Below, piece by piece: positions 11,701 to 25,004 of a DNA stretch of 64,000 nt. Location: contig CM060731.1 of assembly GCA_030704615.1 (NCBI GenBank), positions 53,568,001-53,632,000 of the forward strand, read 5' to 3'. The number at the start of each line of letters is the position of its first letter. Positions within the stretch are counted from its first letter, which is position 1. The position numbers were made by a program, and so were the translations under genes. Source of the stretch: Takakia lepidozioides (lineage: Eukaryota; Plantae; Bryophyta). Under the pieces are notes generated by a model. It was given only the letters and a program-made list of their open reading frames with translations. It was not told the origin of the DNA and did no database searches.

Positions 11701-13502
11701 TGAAAATGAACCTGAGTACGAGGTGGAGGTAGTGCTTAAGTCGAGGAGGTTCAAGAATCCAGAAACGGAGTATCTCGTGAAATGGAAGGGCTATCATCAT
11801 GTGGAGACATCTTGGGTGCGTGCCTCAGAAATGGGAAACGCATCCGAAGCGGTTGCAGTTTTTGAAGGGCGACCTCAAAAGCGGAAGAAGCGTTGATGGG
11901 GACATGAACCTTGGATCGTGGGGGAGGAAATGCATGCTTAGCCCGGCTTAGCTAGCTCATGAATCCGATTGCAAAAACTTGTGTTATACAAATTTTGTTA
12001 TAAATGAAATGGTTTCCAAATGTTGTGCTTTCTATTTTGTTTGGAATGGTGATGTATGGTATGGTTGACTAGTGTGTAGAATGCATGCTAGCTTACAAAA
12101 ATGGGAGAGGTAAATTGGATTAATCGTGTGTTTGCGTAGTGCCGAAATCGGGTGACTCCCATCCAAGGGGCAAGTAAACTTGTGTCTTCTTTGGGAGTTC
12201 ACGTGCTAGTGTGCACCTGGCGCGTGTGCGTACTATAACTGCGCTACCGAGGGGGTTGCCTTGTAGTGCGGGCTAACGCAGAAGCTACGTGCTTCCGTTC
12301 ACGTACTATAATCGTGTAGCCTCGGGACGAAGTCGTAGTGCGGCTTCAGCGTGTTCCCGTACCTCAGGCTAGCATTCCAAGGTGGACCCAATTGTAGTGA
12401 TTGGGCGCACGGTTGGTTCAAGGTTATCTAGTAAAAAAGGGTTCAAGGTGAACCCTTGCTCAAGGTGATGCCAAAAGCGACATCATGAGCGGTCGCAAGC
12501 AATGTTGCTGTAGTAAGGCGATTCGATCCTCGAGGAGGATCGTTCCTTGGCCTTGAAGTGGGCCAAGAAGAGTGCACTAGGTGGAGCTTGAGAGGTTCCA
12601 CCCTTGGCCGGGACTTGGAGAAAGTTGGCCAAACTAGCTAATAGAGAGTAGAGTCAAGTGGGGGTTTGGTTCTTTGCCATGGGACGCCATGGTACGGAAA
12701 CAAACTCCTTGATGTGGAACGCCACAACTTGGATGTTCGTTTCTACAAAATGAACAAGTCGATGAGGACATCGACTCCCTGTTGGTGGGGGTGTGTATCA
12801 CGGCCCTTTGCCTGGAGGGTAGGGGGTCGAGACGCAGAGGGGCTGCCCCTGTGGTGGGGGCGGTGGTAGCAATAGGTACGGGGGGCTGAAGCACCCTTGA
12901 CCCAAGGCACTCAAGGAGGCGGAGGCGCTCACTAGGTGGAGCCCCGCATACCTGGTTGCGGTGGGGGTGGCTCCACAAGGGGTGGTGGTAGCTTAGTGGG
13001 ACTTAGTGGGGGTGACATATGACTCACCATGGGGCGGAGACCTTGTGGTGGGAGTCGTGGGGAGTCTTGGGACTCATCACGGTCCAATGGGGCCGTGGTG
13101 GGTGGGCCAAGACTCACCGCGACTCATCACCGGGAGTCGAGGGTCTTCGTGGTGATTCGCCATAAAATGGCAGGGTTGTTTGTGAAACCCCCGCGGACAG
13201 TCACAAAAGTATATATAGGGAGTAGTAACCCCGAGAACGGTGCAAGCCCGTCGGTGACCAAAAACTAGTGAGTGAGCGAGCAAGCCGGAAAGCGACCAAG
13301 GAGTGGGTAGCTATTCTGGACTGCCATCTACCAAAGGGAATTTCCACTAGGCCGAAATTGGTGGAGGGTCTTTTGGAAGTGTAAAGGGGGTGAGCAGCCG
13401 AAGCTCCGAGTTGGCCCGGCAGCTAGGTTGGGAGTTAGGCGCGCGCATCAGAGCAAGTAACTATGACTTGAAGGGGAGCTTACCAAAGTGAGGTGCGCGA
13501 CA
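8722..13502 (+). mobile_element. Ty3/gypsy chromovirus (Tcn1-like), copy 1: partial protease, RT, RNase H, integrase, chromodomain and 3' LTR (about 11931-13502); decayed and cut 5' by element A
   Basis: RT YIDDIL, RNase H HTDASDFAIG, integrase HHCC (HDGPLAGH..CTTC), SMDF and GPF, chromodomain YEVE..YLVKWKGY..SW. PPT GGGGGAGGAAA; LTR ends GCGCGACA. In-frame stops and frameshifts present. Confidence 0.93.
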
Positions 13503-14719
13503 TTGCCACTCACCTGATGCATCCTCATTTACACACATATTTATGTGGTGGTTTTTGGGACGGGCACAGGTGAGGGTCTTCACTTGTTTTGATTTCTTGA
13601 AGCTTGCAGTTCCTATTCTTGCAAATGTGGGTGCTGTTGTTGTCTGCTGCTGAGCCTCTTGCTGCTTCAAAACGGCCAACATACGGATGCAGACCTGCTT
13701 CAACTTGGCTCCAATGAGGATCTACTTCTGCTCTTTACCTTGTTTGTGGTTTCTTGCAACCATATCTACATGGCAGGAGGTAGGGCAGACATGAGACTTC
13801 ATGAAATACAATTCTACCGATTTATCTACTGTTTTTTTCATGTTTCAATGCGGGTATAATGTAGCAGTCGGTGACTTGGCTGCACTGAAATTCGGCTCTA
13901 CAATGAAACCTCTTGGCTGGTTATTAAGACGGACTGTTGTGCCTTACTAGACAACACACATTCTGCAAGGCCTTCATTTCACTTTGATTTCATATGATGG
14001 ACTGCAAACAGGGTTTTTGAATTACCTTTCTACCCTGGCAGAGCTGTTTTTAAGGCCCTGGAATACCACTCCAAACTTGTATCTGCTTAAAAAAACTCGG
14101 CCCTGTTTCTATTTTATGAATCCTACTTGTGTCTTATGTCTTGTAAAACATACATTGTGGTTATTTATAGACTACCAAGCATCACATTGTTGGGCTCTTT
14201 TTAGACTACAAACTGTTTTCTAAAGTACCCCAAGTGATCTCTTGGGACAAAAAATTGGTAAGCTCTATATGGTCTCTTAATATACTCCCTATATTGTGCT
14301 TGCTTTGCATCTCCGTTGGCCTGCAATAGAAATACCAGATCCAGATGTACCAGTATGGTTTGGCTGGAATATGCTCAAGACATGTATGTCTTACTGTTTC
14401 AATTTCAATTTTAAGTACTATATGCCTGGCTCTGGAGATTTATCTCCAGACGTGCAATCTGGGTTTTTGAAATGAGATTACAATCTACAAGTATGGTGAT
14501 GAATGTCTGATGTCAACCCATGGTGCTTTCATGATATGAATGACCAGAAATCCCGCCCTCCCACCCTGTTTTTTCAGATACCCTGAAATGTAACGAGGTC
14601 TTCAAATGAGATGGTTTTTTTTAAAAAAAAGGGTTGTTAGATGGTGCCCTGTAAAGGGCTGCATTGTCTTTCAATGACAATGACCTTAGTGGTCTTGTCC
14701 ATGTCTTGACATGACATGT

Positions 14720-15625
14720 ATATCTTCTCTCTCTCTCTTTGTCTTCTGTCACTCCCCCCAAAAAAAAAACAAAGCAGAGAGGGAGAGAGTGGGAGAGAGA
14801 GGAAGAGGGACAGAGGGTGCATGAAAAAGTCCCCCCCCCCCTCCTTCTTTTTCTTTTTCTTTTTCTATCTCTCCCCCTCTCTCTCTGTCTTTTGTCACTC
14901 CCCACAAAAAAAAAAAACAGAGATGGAGAGAGAGAGAGAGGGAAAGAGAGGGAGAGAGAGGGAGAGAGGGAGAGTGCAAGAAAAAAGAAAATGAAGGTGG
15001 GGGGGAACTGACTGAGCAGCAACAGCGGCTCCATCAGTCCCCCCCCCCAACCTTCTTTTTCTTTTTCTTTTTCTTTTTCCTCGTCTCGCCCTCTCCCTCC
15101 CTCCCTCTCTCTCTCTGTCTTCTGTCACTCCCCACAAAATAAAACAAAGCAGAGACCTGGCCAGAGGGGGCAGAAGAGAGGGAGAGAGGGGGAGAGAGAG
15201 GGAGAGGGAGAGAGGGTGTATGAAATAACAAAAAAGAAGGTGGGGGGGGGGGGGGGGGAGTGACTGAGCAGCAGCAGTTGCTCAGTTAGTTCCCAAAACC
15301 CCCCACCTTTTTTTTGGTTTTTTTCCTCCTCTGGCTCTCTCTCTCTCTCCCTCTCTCTCCCTCTCCCTCTCTCCCTCTGTCCTCTTCCACTCCCCACAAA
15401 AATAAACAAAGCAAAGAGGGAGAGAGGGGGCAGAAGAGAGGGAGAGAAATGAAGAGGGACATAGGGAGAGGGAGAGAGGGAGAGGGAGAGAGGGTGCATG
15501 AAAAAAAAAAAAAATGTGGGTGGGGAGTGACTGAGCAGTAGCAGTCAGTCCCCCCCACCCCACCCCCCCACCTTCTTTTTGTTTTCTTTTCCTCCTCTGG
15601 ATCTCTCTCTCTCTCTCCCTCTCTT
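14720..15625. repeat. Compound microsatellite-rich tandem array (about four units of 150-260 bp) with alternating (CT)n/(GA)n, poly-A, poly-C and poly-G tracts
   Basis: Recurring TGTCACTCCCCACAAAA, GAGGGTGCATGAAA and TGACTGAGCAG motifs. Related sequence at 19313-19790 and, inverted, at 32600-32700. Confidence 0.8.
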
Positions 15626-18600
15626 CAATCCTGTTACTATAAGTTCTTGTCTCTTTTCTTTTTTTAGAAAAAGAAGAAATGGCATGGAGGAACCTGTCAT
15701 GTTTCAGACTTGTCTTAGTTTAATGAAATAAAGACAGCTCAAATGCATTATAAAAAACTTTACCAGAATGGCTGGAGTATTCCCTGACCACTGGTTGGTT
15801 TTTATAATTATTTCTAAGTCTTTTTTCTAAGTCTTTTTTCTGGATTTCATGGCTTGAGACATGGTCTAATAATATCTTTTTATCCTTGGAACCTGCTGGT
15901 TATATCCCCAATAGACTGGCAAAGAGCAATGTTTATTACTTATGGGATTTTACCCCTGGATTACATAAAGATGAATGAGGACATTACAGGTCTCGATGAA
16001 TGAGATAACTAGCTCTCATCTCTGACAATGTGACCTGAGGCGGCCTCTAAATAATATCATGACTACAGCAAATGGAACAACATGACATTACCATGATTAC
16101 CTATGCATAACTAGTCATGATTAACCTAGGACAGTTTACTATGGACAGTGAAGTCCTTGAACGATACAGGATGTATCGGGTAAATTGGTTCTGATGATAA
16201 AAAATAACCCTGGATGTTTCCAGAATTTTCCTCGTTATGGCAGTCTGGGAAATGAGGCGGTTACCCTGAGCCTTCCCAAGCTTTACTCGGAGGAATTCTG
16301 GTTAAGACTACCTGCGTACAACAAAGAAAAAACAATCGGACGTCTGAAGGGGAGTTACCCAGGCAATTGAATATGCAAGGGACTTTAAAAAGAGAGTGGG
16401 GGTTCTTTTGATTGGTTGCTGCTGGAGACAAGCTTCAGGGAAGATCTCAGTGTCTTTTGTAAATTGAGACCCTGAAAATGCTTATATGTTATGGAGAGCA
16501 AGGAACGTGGCTTGCTAGGACCGGACGTCCTTTGATTAATCCAGATGGTTCCTGCTTACGGCATTCTGTGATTTTGAAGCAGATGCCCCAAGTCTGCCTA
16601 TGGCTTCCTATATTTCAATGTCGTTTGTAAGACTGGAGTGAAACCATGAATTCAGATACCTTCTCATTTGATGATAACGGAGAAAAAGTGGAGACTCTCC
16701 TCGTACGCTCAGACTTCGTTGAGTTTGCAGGAAAGCAGTGGCATGAGTCACTTCCTCTGGGGCTTTAAGTTTTCTTTTGGGCAGGTGGCTTGCCATCTTT
16801 GGTGTGGCAAGAATTCTTTGACAAAAGAATTGGCATTCAACAAAAGAATCATGGCCTGACAGTAGCAGATCCCATGATGATGAATTCGCAGAAGTGGCGG
16901 CATCCCTGAGTGCCCTACATACGCCGACTCTGCATTCACTGGCAAGGGGAGTAGTGCTCTCCCGCTACCTGGTTCTTGAGCTATTCCTTCAAGTCTTAAT
17001 TGGCTGATGCAGTGAGTGACCTCTCTTGAGTGAACTTAGCATTCAGGTCGGGGCTACATGCAGTCTACCTAAAACAGTGAGCCAGTCAGGTCCAGTGCAT
17101 TAGCATTTGCTGCACACTTTGTAGAAAGCTGATGTTGTGTTTAAGTCCACAAGCCCCAGCCCAAAGTGGCCCAGACTTAGTGTCTGTTGCGATCAGCGCT
17201 GCTGGAGCTCTCCACGACTCACCTGGACCAGCCATGTTGCAAGCAGGACTTCCACAAGCTATAGCATGATGCCTTGAATATGGGTGGCTAACCTGGAATG
17301 GCCTTTCTTTGTTTATTCTGAAGGAGACTTATATAAAAACCCTAACATGAAACAAATTACAGCTTTTCTTAGCTGTAACCTTAGGGCTTGCATAATATGT
17401 TGAATATAGGGACACTTATGACTGTCTTTATGTTTTCAGACAGTTTGCATTTACCCATAGGTTGTGATGTTTCTTACAGCCTATATATCTCTACCTCAAG
17501 GATTCAAGAATTATTTTTGCTCGACTTGAGAACATCTCAGTATGTGTTTTTCATTTACATAGGTTCATTTTGGAAAGCAATAGCACGCACAGGAAACTCG
17601 TTATGCACCAGCACCTCACTAACACTCATTTTGATGTGTTGTTTTTGGGACGGGCGACAGGTGAGAGTTTCCTGCCTTCTATGAAAATATGTAATGGTGA
17701 ATGCAACTGAGAAGATTGTAGGCTGTCAAGACATGAGACCTTCGGAAGGACAAATACGGAGAGACAGGGGAGTTACACCAGTCCCACACAGACTAAAGCA
17801 CCCTGTTTGTTGTTTTTTGATAGACTCTAGATAGAGGACCATAGCTCAAATGCTTTGTATTCTCATTTGGCTGGTTTTCCTCTACTGAATTTTGTGAAAG
17901 TTAAAATGCAGTGGCTTGGCTGAATAGAATCCAACATAGGCCTTCAAACCATATGAAGTCTTCATGGATCTTTCAGACTCTGACTACAGCCTGATTCTTT
18001 TACATTTTCAGACTGTTTGCAGTATAGCCAGAGGCTGAGCTTTAATCCCTATTGGGGTGGATGTCCTTTGATGAACTCTGTGACAGCTAGTTCACAATAG
18101 AACTCTTGAATGGAATCCAACACATAATTGAACAGCATGAAGTCTGGGGGTCTTTCAAATCATGATTACAACCCTGCTTGACTCTGAATTTTGAAGAAAA
18201 ATGAGTGCTGTTTAGTAAGAAAGGTACTCTGTTACTGGGTCAGAATTTGGTTACAAACAAGTTGTTGGCTTACAACAGAAACATGACCAGGCTATAGACC
18301 TTTTTTATGCTTCCATGTATGTGATAAACCACTGTAACCAGTAACTGTGAGTTTATCAAGGGAATGCCTTTTCAGAAGCCTAGGATTTTCAAAACTGATA
18401 TACTATGGATACCTTCTGTTATGAAAATTTCCAACAGATGATGTATTCTGGTTTCATAAACTAAATGGTTCCATAGTTAGTCATCTGACTGTTGTTCTGT
18501 ACTTATGAAACACAGCCGGCCAGATTATACCAGGTCTGAAATTTATTCCAATCTCCCTTCATGCCTTATAATAAATGGAGGCCATGAGTGTATGTGGGAT

Positions 18601-19312
18601 TTTGGTGTCTACGTTATGTTGAACAAGAGTTGCTGGTGGTATTCCAGGGTATTCTGGTACTTGAAAGCAGTCAGCCGTATGTTGTATAAACAAACAGACA
18701 AAGACCTGGTACCTAACATAAGTAACTAATTCCAGACACCATAAAAAAAAACCAAGAATTGGGATTCAATTCTTGCAAAATGGCATAATGATCCAGGTGG
18801 TTTTAAATGGTTGGAATGGTTTTGCCACACAATCCTAGCCTAGATCGGCCTTTGGCACTGGCTATGACGATATAATAAAGGGTTGAAAACCAGTTACTCT
18901 TTACTTGCTCAAAACCTTCACCATGTATCTTGAATCTGTCATGAGCTCTACAACACATGTCGATGTGATTCACTTAAGAACCTGCTTGAAGTAAATATGA
19001 CATTGGAAGCAATCTAATGTTGTTCTTATGAAGCTGCCTCTATTAAAGCAGTAATTTTTCAACCAAGGACTTGGACTCAAGCCTGGCTAATGGCATGCTG
19101 GTCTAAATGGTTGTAAATGATGGGAATGCATCATTTACTCTAGTTGTAATTGCTCTCTGGGAGTCCTATAATGTTGCCTTTCTTGAAACTGTACGTTTCA
19201 CCCAGTCTATTGGGGGTCTTATAATGATGCATTTCTTGAAACAGTAAGGTTTCAACCACTACCCCACGCTACCACCCTATTTAGTTCATGTTAAACCTGG
19301 TTTGGGTCCTTT

Positions 19313-19403
19313 AATGATAGTGCCCTGTCATGGGGCTGATTTGTCATTTCCAGTTTCCAGTTGATTGAACTGTCCTTGTCTTGACAAGACAAGTCCAATT
19401 ACC

Positions 19404-19464
<61 letters not shown>

Positions 19465-19714
19465 GTTTTTCTTTCCATTTTGTCCCATAAGATCTATGAG
19501 CTTCCCGCGGACGTTATAACCCACCATTTCATTTCATTTCATTTCGTTTCTCTCTCCCTCTGCCCCTGTCCCTCTCTCTCCCTCATTTTGTCACTTCCCA
19601 CAAAAATGAACAAAGGAGAGAGGGAGAGGGAGAGCGCCTACCTCTGTGGCGCCGACGCTGCTGCCTACGGCACGTGTCCCCGCCGTCGGAAGGCCTCTCT
19701 CCCCCGCTCCGCCG

Positions 19715-19769
<55 letters not shown>

Positions 19770-19790
19770 TTGTTGCTGCTCCCGCATCTG
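19313..19790. repeat. (CT)n-rich dispersed repeat of the same family as 14.6-15.6 kb and 32.6 kb
   Basis: 19460-19555 is the reverse complement of about 32608-32700 (TTTTGTCCCATAAG..CCGCGGACGTTATAA..(CATTT)n); two long (CT)n runs. Confidence 0.7.
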
Positions 19791-22700
19791 CACGGCTTTC
19801 CTACCACCCAGGGGAAAGAGGTGTACCAGCGGGATTGGAACGGGGTTGGAGGGGCGCTAGGGCGTGTAGATGCATATATTGGTACAAATTTCTTTTCAGA
19901 TCGTTTTTTATCTTAAGGCAGACAGTTTAGGCATTGTACTGCCAAAGCAGGGCAATTTGCGAGTTATCTGGGAATCGCTGATAAAGCACGTGTGAATTTA
20001 GATTATGTCTGAGACAACGATGGAGGAGCTCTGGCGTCAAAATGACCGTAGGAAGCTGCATCGACAGCGAGTTAGGCTGCCAATTCGGTATCAGTAACGA
20101 CAACATGCACCTATTCGAAACAATACATGACGACTGCTCCAGTCCCGAATTGCGATCTCTCTATTCTCCCGCATTTCAAGTCCAGTAGGAGCACGCGGCA
20201 ATGAGTCTTGACAATTGGAGGAAACAATCTATACAACGATGAAATATCGTGACAAAGCAAGTGCTGCATCGGAGCAAACGACGGGTGAAGGAGCTTCCCG
20301 ACAAAGTTTTGAACTCCTCAGCAATGCAAAGTGTGTAGGAAGAAACTCCAGATGATCTGTGACCCAGTGACAGGGCCAAAGACCCCCTGGGGGCACCACC
20401 AGTATTTTTACTGTCAGGAAACGGCAGACTGCCTATATGACGAAACCATGGAAACCAACCAAAGGTGTGGTTTTTCTTCCCCGATTCCCTTGAGATTTTA
20501 CAGGCAGCTACGGGGCATCTAATTATAATTTGTCACCAATTTGGGGGATTTTTGAAGGTGATGACAGATGACATCAAATTATCAAGCCGGAGGCAGTTGC
20601 GAAAGATGATTAAATGGAATTCTAGTGAACTCATCCAATGGATAAAAACGGGAAATTCGACCTGCAAGCTGGAGAGATGAGAAGACAACCTAGCGCCAAT
20701 TGGTCATCCATTGGATGGATGAAAAACCAGATTTATCATTAACACCAAGGTTTTCCATCCATAATTATTATTTTATGGTGTTTTATCGTTTTTAAATCAT
20801 AGACTCATGTAAGAAAATAATTTAAGACTATCCTTCACTAGTTTAAGAGGCCCCAAAACATAGTAAAAGAAGAGCAAACTCTTCTTGTTCTTCAATCTAG
20901 TCTCATTTCTTTGCTTTGGCCTCTTGCTTGTGTAATTAGTTTTGAGCTTGAGGGAGCTAGATCCTAGAGAGTTGAGCTTGTGGCTCTCTAGTAATAGAGG
21001 GAGATTTGAGGACGAGTAGGAGTGCCGGAAGAGGACCAGATTTGAGTACCATTCTACCGAGCGATTTAGTGCATTCCAAGCACCACTTGTTTCAGAGGGT
21101 GACTTACCATATTATCTTGACCTTTGAATTCATTTGTTTCATTTGTTATTCAAGCTTGTTCCAAGAAGGGACCTTATAGCATTGCTTGCTAGAAATCTAT
21201 AAAAACTAACCCTCTTTCAAAGAGGATGTGTGTGCATCTTTATGTGCATGTGTGAAGAGCACAAGTGTGAAGCCCCAGGAGACAGGGCCTTAGGAATCTA
21301 ACCCAATTACGTCATAGAAATGAGGGTAGATGTCCATTATTATGTTTAAAGAGAGGGCGAACTTGCATGAAGTAACGAATCTCTTGTCAAATTTCCCTTT
21401 TTAGCTTAGTAGCAACGGCCATATGCATGAGACGGCGAAGCTATCGCCAAAATTTCCATATTATTAAGTTCATATCTGTATTTATAAGCCCCCTGGCCAG
21501 AAAGGACCATGGGAGGCAGTGCTAACTAGCTTTATAAGTGGTTAAGCTATTTTGTAGAGCTGAGCTGCCAAAAAAGGCAGAGCCTAGCACCTTAGGCGCC
21601 TTTAGGCTGGAGGGCAACCAAGGAGGTTGCCTAGAATCGCCATGGAAAAACGCATCTAACACGGGTGGCGCGGCCTTCCCCCGTGGGGGGAGTTGACCCC
21701 TGGAGCAAAGTACGGGTTGCTGGTACACTGCGTGGCAGCACCAAGCGCCATAGCTGGGCCCGCGCAGGTACGACACGAGCGGTAGAGACGACAGAGCTTG
21801 CTGTTACCCACTGGACCCGCGCCGACGGCGGGCCAGTCACGTCGTGCCACGTGGCGCTGGCCGCGGGGTATCAGTTTTAACCGCTGGATATTATGACGGA
21901 CCCCGCCAGGGACTGTTGGTTCCTAGTACGAGTATTTTAAGGGGGATTTTCTCCCTATGCCTTTGATTTCTTGTGCACTATTCATGGTGTTTTTCTTGCA
22001 TGGGAATGAAGGCGTGTTTTAACAAAGGATAAGAAATGGTTGGAACCATTGGATAGGCCCCATTGAGGCCATCAGTTTGATTTGTATTCCGGGGCTTGTG
22101 AAAGCACGGCTCACGGGTGGATGCCACAAGCAGAGAGAGAGAGCCTAAAGACAGGGAGGAGAGAATCCCTGGTAGGGGTTTCATAAGGTAGAAGATAACA
22201 TGTTCCAACTTCGTTCTAGGCTGGTTGATTGCATAAATTAATCAGATTATATTGGAAGTAGGTGAAAGAGGCGCAGGGAATGGACCCTGGGACCCACTGA
22301 ATGTTTAATCATTGTTTACACACCAGGGTGGCGATCAGATGAGAAATTGATGGGCGGCAGATTTCATTCATCCTGGCCCGGTGATTGTTTAAGTTGCTAA
22401 TGCGTTATTGATTGGTTTGATATAAGAATTTAGGGGCGCTCCCAAGTGGAGAGCGGTTCCCTAATGCTCCCGATATAAAGGGCATTCCCCTGGTACCTTG
22501 AGGGTAATTTAGTTTGCTCCAGAATCCTACGATGATTCTCTATTTCTACGAATTTCATGCATTTGTAGGAAGGTTTTAATTATTTGTTCTTTATTATTCA
22601 GCAGGATAATTCGCCTTTAATAAGGGATTTTATCTGGACCCCCTTAACTTTAAAACAGATGTTTTAAGGGAGATATCGCCCCCTTCCGCCCGAGGATATT

Positions 22701-23539
22701 TGAAGTCAAGTACCCAGCCGTTTGGGGGGGGGGTGGGGTTGGGCCAAGGAACGGCCAGTGTTTTATCAAATCTCGGGGATTACTTAGAGGTTTGAATTGT
22801 TATCATTCACCCGATGGACTGACCATTGAGGTTTAAACTTGGATCGCTCTAAATAGGGGAGACTGACTTCGGAAAGCGGACCCAGTCCCTTCCTAGGAGG
22901 TAGGAAACTAATCCACCTCGGGATTTAGGGGGGGGCATTGGGCGGGAAATAGATGATCCCCGTCTCCTCGCTCGGGATTTGTTTTGTGAAGGGATTTGAA
23001 GGTTCGTCCCAACTATAAGCGTGTTGGGAGTCCAGACATGTAATAAACAAAGACTTCGAAGGCAATTACGATTAAAGACGTAGAAAACCCATAAACAAAA
23101 CGTATGACTAGGAAACGCAAATCGCTCTGTGAAGTGGAGTTGTTAAGCTTTGCTTTGCCGGTAGGAAGTTAGATTGTTTAGATCCATCCATACCTGCCAC
23201 GGACCCCTGCACTTACCGCAGCCGGGTAGGCGGTTCGTTGAGCCCAACCTACACTGCAACTTGCCACGACCCCTTAGGCTAGTATGTCGTCACCCTGGTC
23301 GCGCGCGACCAGGGCTCGTTAGGGTGTCTCCGCGTGGCGACCACCTCGCGCTCAAGACGAGGTTAGTTTCTCCTCCACACTCTCCCTTACACTCTCAGCC
23401 CTGTCCCTCCCAAAGCAGAAATAAAAACGAGGTGGATAGGAGGTGCTTCAAGCACTTAAAAAAAAAAAAAACGCAGCGCCAATCTGCCACGCACGGCCGT
23501 CGCATGTCGGCACCCCGTTTTTTTTTTTAATGTACATTG

Positions 23540-23963
23540 AAGCTTGTCACGCGCTTGGATGAAAGAGATTTCATTGCCAACATGGCACTCAAACCAGATG
23601 CTTCAGTGTGGGGGGCCTTGCTTGGTGCCTGCAGAATCTATGGAAATGTGGAGTTAGCAGAGTGTGCTGCAGAATGTATTTTCAAGGTGGAATCACAAGA
23701 TGTATACATTTGCCGTTGGAGATAGATCTCACCCATGTGGATCAGCAGATGAAGGAACAAGCTCTTTACCACCACAGCGAAAAGCTGGCCATAGCTTTTT
23801 GGCTCATTAGCACACCCCCTAGGACCCCTATCCACATCATTAAAAACCTATGTGTTTGTGGGGACTACCACACTGGCACCAAGTTGATATCCAAAATTGT
23901 TGCACGAGAAATTATTGCAAGGGATGCCATCTGCTTTCATCACTTCAACAATGGGATGTGTTG
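23540..23963 (+). pseudogene. PPR protein E/DYW-domain fragment (PLS-class RNA-editing factor pseudogene)
   Basis: [24 protein letters not shown] (E motif), HHSEKLAIAF, KNLCVCGDYH (CxxC degenerate) and FHHF..GMC. Internal deletion with frameshift; the C-terminal DYW is replaced by a repeat array. Confidence 0.9.
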
Positions 23964-24597
23964 GTGAAAATCCGGACCCGCACAACACTGTCGTCGATGA
24001 TCATCCTGAAATCATTATCATGAAGAAATTGAGTACGTTGACGCACTCAATTCTCCGTGGGGTGTGAACAAAAAACAAAACAAGAAAAAAAGATTATTAT
24101 TAATTTGTTATTTTTTTTTTTTCGCCTTCCTCCCCCCCCCTTCCCCAACCCGCCGGGTACCTGGGGTTAAAATCCGGACCTGCACAACACTGTCGTCGAT
24201 GTCGTCGATGAGCATCATGAAATCATTATCATGAGGAAATTGAGTGCGTTGACACACTCAGTTCTCCGCGGGGGGGGGGGTGGGGGACGAAAATAATAAT
24301 AATAATAAAAGTTCCCCCCCCCCCCCCCCCTAACCCGCCGGGTACCCAAGGTGAAAATCCGGACCCGCACAGCACCGTCGTTGATGTTGTCGATGATCAT
24401 GAAGAAATTGAGTGCGTTGACACACTCAGTTCTCCGCGGGGGGAAACCCAAAAAAAAAACAATTAAAAAAAGTTTCTTTTTCTTTTTCTTTTTCTTTTTC
24501 TTTTTTCTTTCCTCTCCCCCCCCCCCGCGGAGAACTGAGTGCGTCAAGCACTCAATTTCTTCATGATCTTGATTTCACGATGATCATTGACGACATC
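23964..24597. repeat. Array of ~170-210 bp units (three direct, one inverted), each containing the 28-bp palindrome AAATTGAGTGCG-TTGA-CGCACTCAATTT
   Basis: AAAATCCGGACC.GCACA unit starts at about 23967, 24169 and 24354; palindromes at 24026, 24237, 24405 and 24532 (inverted). Confidence 0.9.
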
Positions 24598-24667
24598 TAT
24601 CCAAATGCCGGGAAATAAATAAATATTTTTATTTTTATTTTTATTTTTTTGAATTCTCATGGGCTTT

Positions 24668-24868
24668 ACACCCCCTTAATTCCCAGCCATGTTTCCCTCC
24701 GCGAACATGGCAGTTCGCTAAGGGTTAGGGTTAGGGTTTACGATTTGCAGTGTTTCCCCGGTTTGCCGTGTTTCCGCTGTAATGACGTCACCTTAATTCC
24801 CAGCCTGTTTCCCTTCACGAACATGGCAGTTCGCTAAGGGTTAGGATTAGGGTTTGCCGTGTTTCCGT
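24668..24868. repeat. Two direct ~70-bp units (about 120 bp apart) ending in short TTAGGG-like runs
   Basis: CCTTAATTCCCAGCC.TGTTTCCC..CGAACATGGCAGTTCGCTAAGGGTTAGG.TTAGGGTTT at about 24674 and 24792. Confidence 0.8.
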
Positions 24869-25004
24869 GGTAATGGGTGCTCATACGCGGAAATACACCC
24901 TGCATCTTCCCTCATTCTCGTGCCACGTGGACTGGGCTCACATCAGGCTCTTGGGCTCACAGGCTCCTGGGCTCGCGTGGCTAGGCTCATACTCTAGCAT
25001 TCCC

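Noticed and set aside
14621-15563. Cluster of Leu/Ser- and Arg/Glu-rich ORFs (also 19381-19930)
   Set aside because: Translations of (CT)n/(GA)n microsatellites.
20020-23500. Possible hAT transposase and LTR/UTR remnants
   Set aside because: The composition is repeat-like, but I could not fix diagnostic motifs, termini or a PBS.
23964-24597. CRISPR-like array (palindromic repeats with spacers)
   Set aside because: The whole units are repeated, the spacers are homopolymer-rich and not unique, one unit is inverted, there are no cas genes, and the context is eukaryotic.
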